Of a stretch of DNA of 64,000 bases, positions 10,096 to 19,687 are shown piece after piece; position 1 is the stretch's first letter; the number at the start of each line of letters is the position of its first letter. Source of the stretch: an uncultured Clostridia bacterium (GTDB taxonomy: Bacteria; Bacillota; Clostridia; Peptostreptococcales; Anaerovoracaceae); NCBI GenBank assembly GCA_938009115.1, contig CALLHZ010000037.1, forward strand, positions 3,230 to 67,229, written 5' to 3'. The notes under the pieces were generated by a model. It did no database searches. It worked only from the letters and a program-made list of their open reading frames with translations, and had not been told where the DNA came from. The position numbers and the translations under genes were made by a program.

Positions 10096-11280
10096 ATGAA
10101 AGAATTGGAACTGAAATACGGCTGTAATCCCAATCAGAAGCCGGCCTTTGTGTATATGGAGAAAGGCGGAGACCTTCCTTTCGAGATCCTGTCCGGGCGG
10201 CCCGGCTTCATCAATCTGTTGGACGCGTTCAACAGCTGGCAGTTAGTACGGGAATTGAGCGCGGCTTTGGACCTGCCTGCGGCCACATCCTTTAAGCATG
10301 TGAGTCCCACTTCGGCGGCCGTGGGCATCCCGCTGCCGGACAAACTGCTGCGGGCTGTCTTTGCTGACGACATTCCCGGGGTGAATCATTCTCCTCTTGC
10401 CTGCGCTTACGCCCGGGCCCGGGGCACGGACCGGATGTCCTCCTTTGGGGACTTTATCGCTCTGAGTCATCCCTGCGACGAAACGACGGCCCGGCTCATC
10501 CTGCCGGAGGTGTCCGACGGCATCATCGCCCCAGGCTACACCCCCGAAGCCCTTGCGCTCCTAAGAACAAAACGGAAGGGAAACTATACGGTCATTCAGA
10601 TGGACCCGGCCTATGAACCGGACTCCGAGGAAACGAAGCAGGTCTTCGGCGTTACGTTCCGTCAACGGCGAAACGACTGCCGCATCGATAAAGAAAGCCT
10701 GAAGGATATCGTGACGGAAAACAAGGATCTCTCCCGGGAAGCAGTTCGGGATCTGATCGTTGCGTTGATCACCCTCAAGTATACGCAGTCGAATTCCGTC
10801 TGTTTTGCCCGGGACGGCCAGGCTATCGGCGTGGGCGCAGGACAACAGTCCCGGATCCATTGTACCAGGCTGGCTGCCGGCAAAGCGGACCTTTGGCATC
10901 TGCGGCAGCATGAAAAGGTATTGGAGCTGCCTTTTCTGAAGGAGCTGGGGCGGCCGGCCAGGGACAATGCCGTGGATGTGTACCTGTCTGAGAACAGCGA
11001 AGAAGTTTTGGGTGACGGCATATGGCAGAATATTTTTTCCCGAAAGCCGGAACCCCTTACACCGCCGGAGAAGCGGGAGTATTTAAGCGCCATTCGCGGT
11101 GTCTCCCTGGGCAGCGATGCCTTCTTCCCCTTTGAGGACAACATCCGCCGGGCTTTTGCCAGCGGGGTCTCCTATATCGCCCAGCCCGGCGGGTCCATCC
11201 GGGATCAGAATGTGATCGAGGCCTGCAATGCCCTGGGCATGGTCATGTGCTTTACGGGTTTGCGGCTGTTCCACCATTGA
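10096..11280 (+). CDS. purH: AICAR formyltransferase (PurH AICARFT domain only, no MGS/IMPCH domain)
   Basis: LKYGCNPNQKPA, GVGAGQQSRIHCTRLA, YIAQPGGSIRDQNVIEACN, TGLRLFHH at the C-terminus. At 394 aa it is too short to carry the N-terminal cyclohydrolase domain. Confidence 0.85.
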   Translation: MKELELKYGCNPNQKPAFVYMEKGGDLPFEILSGRPGFINLLDAFNSWQLVRELSAALDLPAATSFKHVSPTSAAVGIPLPDKLLRAVFADDIPGVNHSPLACAYARARGTDRMSSFGDFIALSHPCDETTARLILPEVSDGIIAPGYTPEALALLRTKRKGNYTVIQMDPAYEPDSEETKQVFGVTFRQRRNDCRIDKESLKDIVTENKDLSREAVRDLIVALITLKYTQSNSVCFARDGQAIGVGAGQQSRIHCTRLAAGKADLWHLRQHEKVLELPFLKELGRPARDNAVDVYLSENSEEVLGDGIWQNIFSRKPEPLTPPEKREYLSAIRGVSLGSDAFFPFEDNIRRAFASGVSYIAQPGGSIRDQNVIEACNALGMVMCFTGLRLFHH

Positions 11281-11302
11281 GCAGGAGTCGAAAGGAATCA
11301 AA

Positions 11303-12571
11303 ATGAAGATCATGGTCGTTGGCGGAGGCGGGCGGGAACACGCGCTGATCCGCAAAATCAAGGAAAATCCTGACGTTCAGAAAATATATGCGTTGCCGGG
11401 CAACGGCGGGATCGCCGCGGATGCCGAATGTGTGCCCATCGCGGCGAAGGATATTGCCGGGATCACGGGATTTGCCCGAAGCCACGGCGTGGACTTCGCC
11501 GTGGTGGCGCCCGACGACCCCCTGGTCCTGGGCGCCGTGGATGCGCTGGAAGCCGTCGGCATCCACTGCTTCGGGCCCACAGCTCGGGCCGCGGAGATCG
11601 AAGGCAGCAAGGTCTTTTCCAAAACGTTGATGGAAAAGTACGGGATACCCACCGCCGCCAGCCGGATCTTCGAGGATCCGGAAGAAGCCAGGGAGTATTT
11701 GCGCGCATCGGAATATCCCATTGTCATCAAGGCCGATGGCCTGGCCTTGGGCAAGGGCGTCTATATTGCCCTCAGCCGTGGAGAAGCGATGGAAGCGGTC
11801 CATGCGATCATGGAGGAAAAGATTTTCGGAACCAGCGGAAACCGGGTAGTGATCGAAGAATGCCTAACCGGCCCGGAGGTTTCGGTGCTGGCTTTTACCG
11901 ACGGCCAGACCATGATCCCCATGGTCTCCTCCATGGATCACAAGCGGGCCCAGACCGGTGATCTGGGGCCCAACACCGGCGGCATGGGCGCCGTTGCTCC
12001 AAATCCGTTTTACACGAAGGAGATCGCAGACCGGTGCATGGAAGAGATCTATCTTCCCACCATGCGGGCGATGAATGCCGAAGGACGCACATTCCGGGGT
12101 TGTTTGTACTTCGGACTCATGCTCACGGAAAAAGGTCCCAAAGTGATCGAATACAACTGCCGTTTTGGGGATCCGGAGACTCAGGTCGTGCTGCCGCTGC
12201 TGGAAAGCGATCTGCTGAACATCCTGATGCATGTGTCCCGGGGCACGCTGCGCGATGCCGATGTGCGCTTCTCGCCGGGAAGTTCGTGCTGCGTCATCAT
12301 GGCGTCCGACGGATATCCGATCAAATATCAAACCGGATTTGAGATCAGCATTCCGGCGGCGCTTGATGCCCAGGTCTATGCCGCCGGCGTCCGGCTGGAA
12401 GATTCAAGGCTCTTCACTTCCGGAGGGCGGGTCCTGGGCGTGACGGCAGTGGGAACCGACCTTAAAGAAGCAGTCACCCGGGCATACGCAGCCGTGGAAC
12501 AGATCCATTTTGAAAACGCGTATTACAGGACCGATATCGGAAAGCGGGCGCTGGCAGGAGGAAAACAGTGA
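11303..12571 (+). CDS. purD: phosphoribosylamine-glycine ligase
   Basis: MKIMVVGGGGREHAL, ATP-grasp VIKADGLALGKGV, NCRFGDPETQ. The ORF-track start at 11228 overlaps purH and is rejected. Confidence 0.9.
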   Translation: MKIMVVGGGGREHALIRKIKENPDVQKIYALPGNGGIAADAECVPIAAKDIAGITGFARSHGVDFAVVAPDDPLVLGAVDALEAVGIHCFGPTARAAEIEGSKVFSKTLMEKYGIPTAASRIFEDPEEAREYLRASEYPIVIKADGLALGKGVYIALSRGEAMEAVHAIMEEKIFGTSGNRVVIEECLTGPEVSVLAFTDGQTMIPMVSSMDHKRAQTGDLGPNTGGMGAVAPNPFYTKEIADRCMEEIYLPTMRAMNAEGRTFRGCLYFGLMLTEKGPKVIEYNCRFGDPETQVVLPLLESDLLNILMHVSRGTLRDADVRFSPGSSCCVIMASDGYPIKYQTGFEISIPAALDAQVYAAGVRLEDSRLFTSGGRVLGVTAVGTDLKEAVTRAYAAVEQIHFENAYYRTDIGKRALAGGKQ

Positions 12572-15500
12572 TGGTTTATCGAATCTATGTGGAAAAAAAG
12601 AAAGAGTTCGCCCTGGAGGCTGCCGGGCTTTTGTCCGAGATCCGTGAATTCCTGGGCATCCAGGGTCTGCGCGCTCTTCGCATGCTCAACCGCTATGATG
12701 TGGAGCATATCGACGAAGCCCTGCTGGAGCGCTGTAAAACATCGGTATTTTCCGAGCCGCCTGTGGATGTGGTCACCGGAGAGCTCCCTCAGGATTACGA
12801 TGGAATTTTTGCCGTGGAATTTCTTCCGGGGCAATTCGATCAGCGGGCCGATTCAGCTGCCCAGTGTATTCAGATCCTTTCCTGCGGCGACCGGCCCACA
12901 GTGCGTCATGCCAGAGTATGGCTGCTGTACGGCGACATCACCGAGGCCGAGCTGCAGCGGATCAAGGACCATGTGATCAATCCGGTGGAATCCCGGGAAG
13001 CCTCTCTGGCATTGTGCGACACCCTTGAGCGCGTATATGAAGCACCGGCGCCGGTGCCGGTTTTAGAGGGTTTCCGTCTTTTGGACGAAGCCGGAATGCA
13101 ACAGTTTTTGGATGCGTACGGCCTGGCCATGGATCTGGATGATCTTCGCATGTGCCGGGACTACTTTCGCAGAGAAGAAAGAGATCCCAGCCTGACGGAG
13201 ATCCGGATGATCGACACGTATTGGTCCGATCACTGCCGCCACACGACATTTCACACTGCCGTCGAAAAGGCCGAATTCCTGGATCCCCAGGCGCAGGAGG
13301 CCTACGAAGAATATCTTTCACTGAGACAAGAACTGGGACGCACCGGCCCGGTGACCCTGATGGATCTGGCTACGGTCAATGCGAAATATCTGAAGAGCAA
13401 GGGAATGCTCAGCAGACTGGACGAATCGGAAGAAGTAAATGCCTGTACGGTAAAAATCGATGTGGACGTGGACGGAAAAACAGAGGACTGGCTGCTCTTT
13501 TTCAAAAACGAGACACACAACCACCCAACGGAGATCGAGCCGTTTGGCGGCGCTGCCACCTGCATCGGCGGCGCCATCCGGGATCCTCTGTCGGGAAGAG
13601 CCTATGTCTATGCCGCCATGCGGCTCAGCGGCGCCGCAGATCCTCTCATGCCTGTGGATGCAACGATCCGCGGCAAGCTTCCACAGCGAAAGCTTGTAAA
13701 AACCGCGGCAGCAGGCCACAGTTCCTACGGGAATCAAATCGGCGTTCCCGCCGGGAGAGTGGACGAATGGTACCACCCGGGCTTTGTGGCCAAACGGCTG
13801 GAAGCCGGCGCTGTGATCGGCGCCGCGCCGGCCTGCAATGTGGTGCGCAAGGAACCGCGCCCCGGCGACGTGGTCCTTCTTGTGGGCGGACGGACGGGAA
13901 GGGATGGCTGCGGCGGGGCTACAGGCTCCTCTAAATCCCACTCCGTCGAATCGCTGGAAACCTGCGGCGCAGAAGTCCAGCGCGGCAACGCGCCGGAGGA
14001 GCGCAAGATCCAGCGTCTGTTCCTCAACGGGGAAGCGGCCCGGCTGATCAAACGGTGCAACGACTTCGGCGCCGGCGGGGTCTCAGTGGCCGTGGGCGAG
14101 CTGGCCGACGGATTGTCCGTGGATCTAAATGCTGTCCCCAAAAAATACGAAGGGCTGGACGGCACGGAGCTGGCCATCAGCGAATCCCAGGAACGCATGG
14201 CTGTCGTGGTGGATCCGGCGGACCAGGATCGTTTCTGCAGGCTGGCGGCAGAGGAAAATCTTGAGGTGACGCCGATCGCCCGGGTCACGGAAGAGGCTCG
14301 CCTGGTGATGTACTGGAACGGAAGCAGGATCGTGGATATCGACCGGTCATTTTTGAACACAAACGGAGCGTCCAAACGTGCGGCGGCCCGGGTGGAGGCC
14401 CCTGCTTCCTACAAAAAGAAAGTAGAAGGAGGTTTTGCCGCAGGCATGCGGGCGCTGGTCCGGGATCTCAATGTGTGCGACAAAAAAGGGATGGTTGAGC
14501 TGTTTGATGCTTCCGTAGGCGCCGGAACGGTCCTTGCTCCTCTCGGTGGCATTTCCAAGCGCACGCCGACTCAGGCTATGGCGCATAAGATCTTCGATCC
14601 CATGCGGGACGTTCGGACCTGCTCCCTGATGGCCTGGGGCTACAATCCATATATTTCAGAAAAAAATCCGTATCACGGCGCTTATCTGGCCGTGGTGGAA
14701 TCGGTTTCCAAGCTGATCGGCGCCGGCGCGGATTTTCGTGAAATCTATCTGTCCTTCCAGGAATATTTTGAAAAGCTGGAGAAGGATCCTGTCCGCTGGG
14801 GAAAACCGCTGGCATCTTTGCTGGGGGCTTTTCGGGCACAGAAGGCTTTGGATATCGCCGCCATCGGCGGCAAGGATTCCATGAGCGGCACCTTCGAGAA
14901 TCTTCACGTTCCGCCTACGCTGATTTCCTTCGCCGTGACGACGGCGCAGCTGGACCGCGTCCTTTCCCCGGAATTCAAGGAAGCCGGAAAAGAGGTATAT
15001 TGGGTACGGCCCCTGGACGGCCCGGAGGGGCTTCCTGACGGGGAGTCTCAAAAAAAAGTCTTTGCTGCTGTCTCCGGCTGGGGCCGGGACGGACTTTTGA
15101 ATGCCGCGGCAACACCGGGCTACGGCGGCGCGGCGGAAGCTGTCTATAAAATGTCCCTGGGGAACCGTCTGGGTTTTGTTTTCGATCCGGCGTGCTCCGA
15201 GGATGACCTGTTCGGGTACAGCTATGGTTCCTTTGTGCTGGAGATGCGTCGTATGCCCGAGGTGATGCCGGAGGGGATGCTTTGCCTCAGACTGGGACAA
15301 ACGATCTCTGAACCGTCGTTGATAAAGGGAAGCGCAACGCTGCCTCTCGAAGAACTGGCAGTGTCCTCTCAGGCTGTTCTTGAGGGAATATTCCCTTGTG
15401 GCTATGGGGCCGCCCGGACGGATGAGCCTGTGCAAGCCTATGAATATAAAACGGCCGGCCGCGTGGCCCCTTCGGCGCGCATTGCCCGGCCCAAAGTCCT

Positions 15501-16284
15501 GATCCCGGCTTTTCCGGGGACCAACAGCGAATACGATTCCGCCAAAGCCATGGCGGCAGCCGGCGCTGACCCTGAGATCGTTGTGATCAGGAACCTGACC
15601 GCATCGGATGTGCAGGAATCCGCCCGACATTTTGCCCGACAGATGAAAGACGCAAATATTGTCTTTATTCCCGGGGGATTTTCAGGGGGAGACGAACCGG
15701 ACGGCTCCGGCAAGTTCATCACGGCCTTCTTCCGGCATCCTTCCGTTCAGGAAGAGACGAGCCGGCTCCTGGAACAGCGCGACGGCCTGATGATCGGTAT
15801 CTGCAATGGTTTCCAGGCGCTGATCAAACTGGGGTTGCTACCCTGGGGGAAAATTTTGCCCATCACGGAAGAGTCACCGACTGTTACCTTCAATGCCATC
15901 GGCCGCCACAAAGCAGACATCGTGCGAACCCGCATTGCGTCGGACAAGAGCCCCTGGCTGGCAGGGACCTGCGTGGGAGACATCTACAGCGTACCGATTT
16001 CCCACGGCGAGGGACGTTTCGTTTGCAGCCCCCAATTGATGGATCAGCTGGTGAAAAACGGACAGATCGCAGCACAGTATGTGGATGAGGCTGGAAATCC
16101 CACCATGGCTCTCCCGTTCAATCCCAACGGATCGGCCTATGCGGTAGAGGCGATCACGTCGCCTGACGGAAGAGTCCTTGGGAAAATGGGGCATTTTGAG
16201 CGGTGGGGAAGCGGTGTATTCAGAAATGTGCCCGGCCGGTATGACATGAAACTCTTTGAATCCGCAGTGGCCTATTTCCGCTGA
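12571..16284 (+). CDS. purL: phosphoribosylformylglycinamidine synthase, single-chain (fused PurS/PurL/PurQ type)
   Basis: About 1237 aa. ETHNHPTEIEPFGGAATCIGGAIRD, and a C-terminal amidotransferase domain with GICNGFQALIKLG and HGEGRF. The TGATG overlap with the purD stop suggests translational coupling. Confidence 0.9.
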   Translation: MVYRIYVEKKKEFALEAAGLLSEIREFLGIQGLRALRMLNRYDVEHIDEALLERCKTSVFSEPPVDVVTGELPQDYDGIFAVEFLPGQFDQRADSAAQCIQILSCGDRPTVRHARVWLLYGDITEAELQRIKDHVINPVESREASLALCDTLERVYEAPAPVPVLEGFRLLDEAGMQQFLDAYGLAMDLDDLRMCRDYFRREERDPSLTEIRMIDTYWSDHCRHTTFHTAVEKAEFLDPQAQEAYEEYLSLRQELGRTGPVTLMDLATVNAKYLKSKGMLSRLDESEEVNACTVKIDVDVDGKTEDWLLFFKNETHNHPTEIEPFGGAATCIGGAIRDPLSGRAYVYAAMRLSGAADPLMPVDATIRGKLPQRKLVKTAAAGHSSYGNQIGVPAGRVDEWYHPGFVAKRLEAGAVIGAAPACNVVRKEPRPGDVVLLVGGRTGRDGCGGATGSSKSHSVESLETCGAEVQRGNAPEERKIQRLFLNGEAARLIKRCNDFGAGGVSVAVGELADGLSVDLNAVPKKYEGLDGTELAISESQERMAVVVDPADQDRFCRLAAEENLEVTPIARVTEEARLVMYWNGSRIVDIDRSFLNTNGASKRAAARVEAPASYKKKVEGGFAAGMRALVRDLNVCDKKGMVELFDASVGAGTVLAPLGGISKRTPTQAMAHKIFDPMRDVRTCSLMAWGYNPYISEKNPYHGAYLAVVESVSKLIGAGADFREIYLSFQEYFEKLEKDPVRWGKPLASLLGAFRAQKALDIAAIGGKDSMSGTFENLHVPPTLISFAVTTAQLDRVLSPEFKEAGKEVYWVRPLDGPEGLPDGESQKKVFAAVSGWGRDGLLNAAATPGYGGAAEAVYKMSLGNRLGFVFDPACSEDDLFGYSYGSFVLEMRRMPEVMPEGMLCLRLGQTISEPSLIKGSATLPLEELAVSSQAVLEGIFPCGYGAARTDEPVQAYEYKTAGRVAPSARIARPKVLIPAFPGTNSEYDSAKAMAAAGADPEIVVIRNLTASDVQESARHFARQMKDANIVFIPGGFSGGDEPDGSGKFITAFFRHPSVQEETSRLLEQRDGLMIGICNGFQALIKLGLLPWGKILPITEESPTVTFNAIGRHKADIVRTRIASDKSPWLAGTCVGDIYSVPISHGEGRFVCSPQLMDQLVKNGQIAAQYVDEAGNPTMALPFNPNGSAYAVEAITSPDGRVLGKMGHFERWGSGVFRNVPGRYDMKLFESAVAYFR

Positions 16285-16302
16285 CAGCGTGCCGCTGAAA
16301 AT

Positions 16303-16337
16303 AAAAAAGGCTTTGGGTCGTGCCCAAAGCCTTTTTG
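16303..16337. terminator. bidirectional intrinsic terminator between convergent purL and the bactofilin gene
   Basis: aaaaaaggctttggg-tcgt-gcccaaagccttttt: a 9-10 bp GC-rich stem flanked by an A-run and a T-run. Confidence 0.7.
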
Positions 16338-16348
16338 CTTCGTAACGG

Positions 16349-16798
16349 TCAAGATTTCTTTGACTCTTTTTTCTCCGGAGCGTCGGCGCTTTCTCCGGCA
16401 GACTTCTGCCTGCCCTGTTTTTTGATCCGCAGACTGCCCTCGAATACGGAATCCTCGCTCATAATGAGTCTTGCGGCTTGAAGGACGCCCTCGACTTTGC
16501 CTTCTCCGGCGATCTCTACGGTGCGTTTGCACTGGATGTTGCCTTGGGCAACGCCTGCGACGACCAGGTTCTCCGAGGTGATATCTCCTGTATACTGCGC
16601 TTTTTCCGTGAAGGTGACATCGCTGGTGGATTTGATGTTTCCCTGTATGCTGCCGTGGACGAGCATGGGTTCATTCGACAGGAAATCGCCCTGAAACAAT
16701 ACGCCCTCTGCTAAAACGGTGTTGGCTTTGTCCGGTTCTTTTTCGGGTTCTGGCTGAGTGACCGGCTCCGCAGGCTCCGCTTTCTTTTTGAGTATCAT
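16349..16798 (-). CDS. bactofilin family protein
   Basis: Beta-helical repeat pattern VLFQGDFLSNEPMLVHGSIQGNIKSTSDVTFTEKAQYTGDITSENLVVAGVAQGNIQCKRTVEIAGEGKVEGVL, with a charged, low-complexity N-terminus and C-terminus. Confidence 0.8.
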   Translation of the reverse strand: MILKKKAEPAEPVTQPEPEKEPDKANTVLAEGVLFQGDFLSNEPMLVHGSIQGNIKSTSDVTFTEKAQYTGDITSENLVVAGVAQGNIQCKRTVEIAGEGKVEGVLQAARLIMSEDSVFEGSLRIKKQGRQKSAGESADAPEKKESKKS

Positions 16799-16828
16799 GT
16801 AGGTTGTTCCTTTCTGGTGAAATAACTT

Positions 16829-18337
16829 TTAGAGAGATAATTCCCCAAGCTTTTGCCCGATGCTGTCCTTGCGGTCTTCCAGAAGCAGGGCTTCACTGTA
16901 CTTATCATACAACAAACTGCCGAAATGTGAAATGAATTTTGCACTTTTGGGGTCAGCGGTCAGCTCTGTGACAGCCAGAAGCATCTCCCGGCCGGCCCCG
17001 AATACGGTTTCGATCGTTCCCAGGGCGGCCTCCAGTCCGGCGGAGGCATGCTGTCCCCGGGTCCAAAGGTCGTCGGACAAAGCATTGAATTCTCCCCGCA
17101 GGATCTCGAAGGTGCTCTTCTGTATATTGCTTTCTTCCAGGAGTACGCTTCTTTTTAATCGGGAAAGGACCCACTCTGCAGCTTTTGCCCGGTCTTTTTT
17201 CTCTTTAGATAAGCTGCGGGCCGAGGATGCCCGCTTCAGGGCCTCCTGCTGGTTCAGGATCTTTCTGTCCAGCGCGGAGGAAATATCAGAGCCGCTCTCG
17301 AATTCCTGGCGGACTTCTTTCAACATCGACAATACCAGGCCCAGCACTTCACGGTCATCGGTGATGCGCCGGATCTCTTCCAGGGCGGGATCCAGGAGCA
17401 TGTGGACCACAGCGATCCTCTCATCGAACCGGGCGTTTTTGAGCAGCCGGACCAGATCTTCGCTCAGAGCGCCTGCCGTCCGGTCCCGGGAGGCATACAG
17501 CCCCCGGTATTTACTGAACAGTTCATAATACAATGTAAAAGCTCGGGCAATGCCGCGGTTTCGGATATATTGGATCACAAGATTTTCGTCCACAGGCAGC
17601 TGCTCTTCTTCCATCAAGAACAGAACCTGAGAAAGATCTTCCCACCCTCTGGCCGTTACATAGGATTTTTCCCCGGCATCGATCTCCACGCTGTAGAAAT
17701 TATCACGATTTGCATCCAGGTAACCGGTTATGGCCCGATGAACACCCTGGGCCGAGGCGTATTGCCGCCAGGCGTCGTAGTCTGAATCTACTTCGATCAC
17801 TTTGAGCCGATCAAGAGTGACGATATCCAGGTTTCTGGCCGAGCGATTGTATTCAGGGGTGTTGCCGGCAGTAACGACGACCCAGCCCGGCGGCAGCTTG
17901 TGTTCACCGAAGCGCTTATATTGCAGAAATTGGAGCATGGAGGGCATCAACGTTTCTGAAATGCAGTTGATCTCGTCCAGAAACAAGATCCCTTCCCGTA
18001 TGCCGCTTTCTTCCATTGTCTGATGGATCGCGGCGATGATCTCGCTCATGGAATAGGTGCAAACTGTGTATTCCCGTCCGTCAAAAACCTTTTTTTCCAG
18101 GACAGGTAATCCCAGAGCGCTCTGGCGGGTGTGGTGCGTCATGGAATAGGAAACGATAGCGATGCCCAATTCCTGGGCGATCTGTTCCATGACAGCGCTT
18201 TTTCCGATTCCGGGAGGCCCGATCAGAAAGACTGGCCGCTGGCTTGCGGGCGGGATCCGGTATTCTCCGTAGGCGTCCTTTTTCAAATAGACTTGCACGG
18301 TGCGGCGGATCTGTTCTTTGACGTCGTTGATGAACAT
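16829..18337 (-). CDS. AAA+ ATPase (MoxR/AAA_5-like) with a roughly 220-aa helical C-terminal extension
   Basis: Walker A FLIGPPGIGKSAV, Walker B GILFLDEIN, sensor region VVVTAGNTPEYNRSARNLDIVTLDRL. Confidence 0.8.
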   Translation of the reverse strand: MFINDVKEQIRRTVQVYLKKDAYGEYRIPPASQRPVFLIGPPGIGKSAVMEQIAQELGIAIVSYSMTHHTRQSALGLPVLEKKVFDGREYTVCTYSMSEIIAAIHQTMEESGIREGILFLDEINCISETLMPSMLQFLQYKRFGEHKLPPGWVVVTAGNTPEYNRSARNLDIVTLDRLKVIEVDSDYDAWRQYASAQGVHRAITGYLDANRDNFYSVEIDAGEKSYVTARGWEDLSQVLFLMEEEQLPVDENLVIQYIRNRGIARAFTLYYELFSKYRGLYASRDRTAGALSEDLVRLLKNARFDERIAVVHMLLDPALEEIRRITDDREVLGLVLSMLKEVRQEFESGSDISSALDRKILNQQEALKRASSARSLSKEKKDRAKAAEWVLSRLKRSVLLEESNIQKSTFEILRGEFNALSDDLWTRGQHASAGLEAALGTIETVFGAGREMLLAVTELTADPKSAKFISHFGSLLYDKYSEALLLEDRKDSIGQKLGELSL

Positions 18338-18362
18338 AGCAATACTCCTGTGCTTCAGTTTG

Positions 18363-19673
18363 TTAGTCGAACTCCACCTTCGTCACCCAGGCCGGGGCTT
18401 CGGCAGCGTTGTTGTTCCCTTTGATGAAAGCGAAGACAGCTTCCCATGCCGGCGCCCAGTCCGGGTACGTGCCAAAGCCGTCGGTAAAGTATAGGAGGCC
18501 CCTGAGGTTTCCCAGCGTCCCCAGGCGGATCTGTTCGTCCACCCAGCGGAACACGGGCCGGAAATCCGTATCCCCGAAGCCCGACAGTTTTTCGTTCTTC
18601 AGATAATCGTCCATATCCTTGTCGCCGGACACAAGGCGGCAGGAGCGGATCCTGTCGTCGGCCTGAAGCACGTGGATCCGGGTCTTGCGGGAAAAACTCT
18701 CCGTGCTTTTAATTATATCATAGGTGCGCGTTAAAAATGCGCGGATCGGCTCGCCGCTGCAGGAACCCGAGGTGTCCAGTGCGATCACAAAGTCTCTGAC
18801 TTTTTCTGTTTCCTGATATTCCAGCGGCTCGACCAGAGGCATATTGCCGTATAGCGATAGCCCGTAACAATATAGTCCCGGTTCAAAGGCGTCGGGATCC
18901 TCCTGCAGTTCTTCTCCGGTCACGGCGAACCGCTTCAGAAATGCCTCATAGCGGTTTCTGCCGCGGGGAATATCCGCAGGTATTCGCCGGGTCAGGACTT
19001 CTGGGAGTTCCTTTCGGCGCGTTCTGGCACCTTCCTGCTCTTGTTTTCGGATCCTGCTCCATTCTCCCTCCAGGTCCGGAATTTCTCCGGTCCCGCCTAC
19101 GAGCCCTTCCGTGTTCTGCTCCCGCCCGGCAGGCCCGTCCCAAAGGCTGTGGTCGTCTGTATAGAACCAGGAAGCCGGTCCGGCAAGATCCGACGGGGAA
19201 ATGCCGTCGGCAAGGTATTTGGCATAGAGAAGCTCTGCTGTGAGCAGCGGCATTTCCTGCTCAAGCCCGGACAGCATGGAAGCCTTGCGGGCTGCCTCGG
19301 CGCCGGTCTCGCGGAAAACGGGCAGTTCTGAAAGAACACTTTCTGCTTCCAGGTCTGCGCAGAAGTTCCAAAGAGCACGGTTCCTTCCCCGGCCGCGAAA
19401 GGGATGCCCCAGAAAGCAGTGAAGCACCGTATGGAGATAAGCGTGGCAAAGGCCGGCGGGATCTTTTTTGTATGCTGCGATCACCCATTCCGAATCAAAA
19501 TAGAGGCGATCGCAATCCGTAGCAAGGGCTTTTAATCCTTGACGGCAGGCCGGCGCAAGACGGTGGAGGGCTGTCGCCAGATAATTCAGAGACACTACCA
19601 ATTCGTCCCGTGTCAGCCCCAGGATCTCCAGGGACAAGCTGCAGCGCATATCGTCGTTCGTTTCGGCGGACAT
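18363..19673 (-). CDS. vWA-like domain protein (DUF2201 type) with an N-terminal metallopeptidase-like domain
   Basis: MIDAS motif VIALDTSGSCSG in the C-terminal half. The N-terminal domain carries AYLHTVLHCFLGHPF, where this family normally has HExxH...H. Confidence 0.75.
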   Translation of the reverse strand: MSAETNDDMRCSLSLEILGLTRDELVVSLNYLATALHRLAPACRQGLKALATDCDRLYFDSEWVIAAYKKDPAGLCHAYLHTVLHCFLGHPFRGRGRNRALWNFCADLEAESVLSELPVFRETGAEAARKASMLSGLEQEMPLLTAELLYAKYLADGISPSDLAGPASWFYTDDHSLWDGPAGREQNTEGLVGGTGEIPDLEGEWSRIRKQEQEGARTRRKELPEVLTRRIPADIPRGRNRYEAFLKRFAVTGEELQEDPDAFEPGLYCYGLSLYGNMPLVEPLEYQETEKVRDFVIALDTSGSCSGEPIRAFLTRTYDIIKSTESFSRKTRIHVLQADDRIRSCRLVSGDKDMDDYLKNEKLSGFGDTDFRPVFRWVDEQIRLGTLGNLRGLLYFTDGFGTYPDWAPAWEAVFAFIKGNNNAAEAPAWVTKVEFD

Positions 19674-19687
19674 GGACTCTCCCTTCG

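Noticed and set aside
4969-16284. Absence of purK, purB and purA from the pur operon, considered as a possible pathway anomaly.
   Set aside because: PurE has the class I SAHRTP motif, so a purK is expected, but these genes are commonly unlinked. Absence from a 64-kb window is not evidence of absence from the genome.
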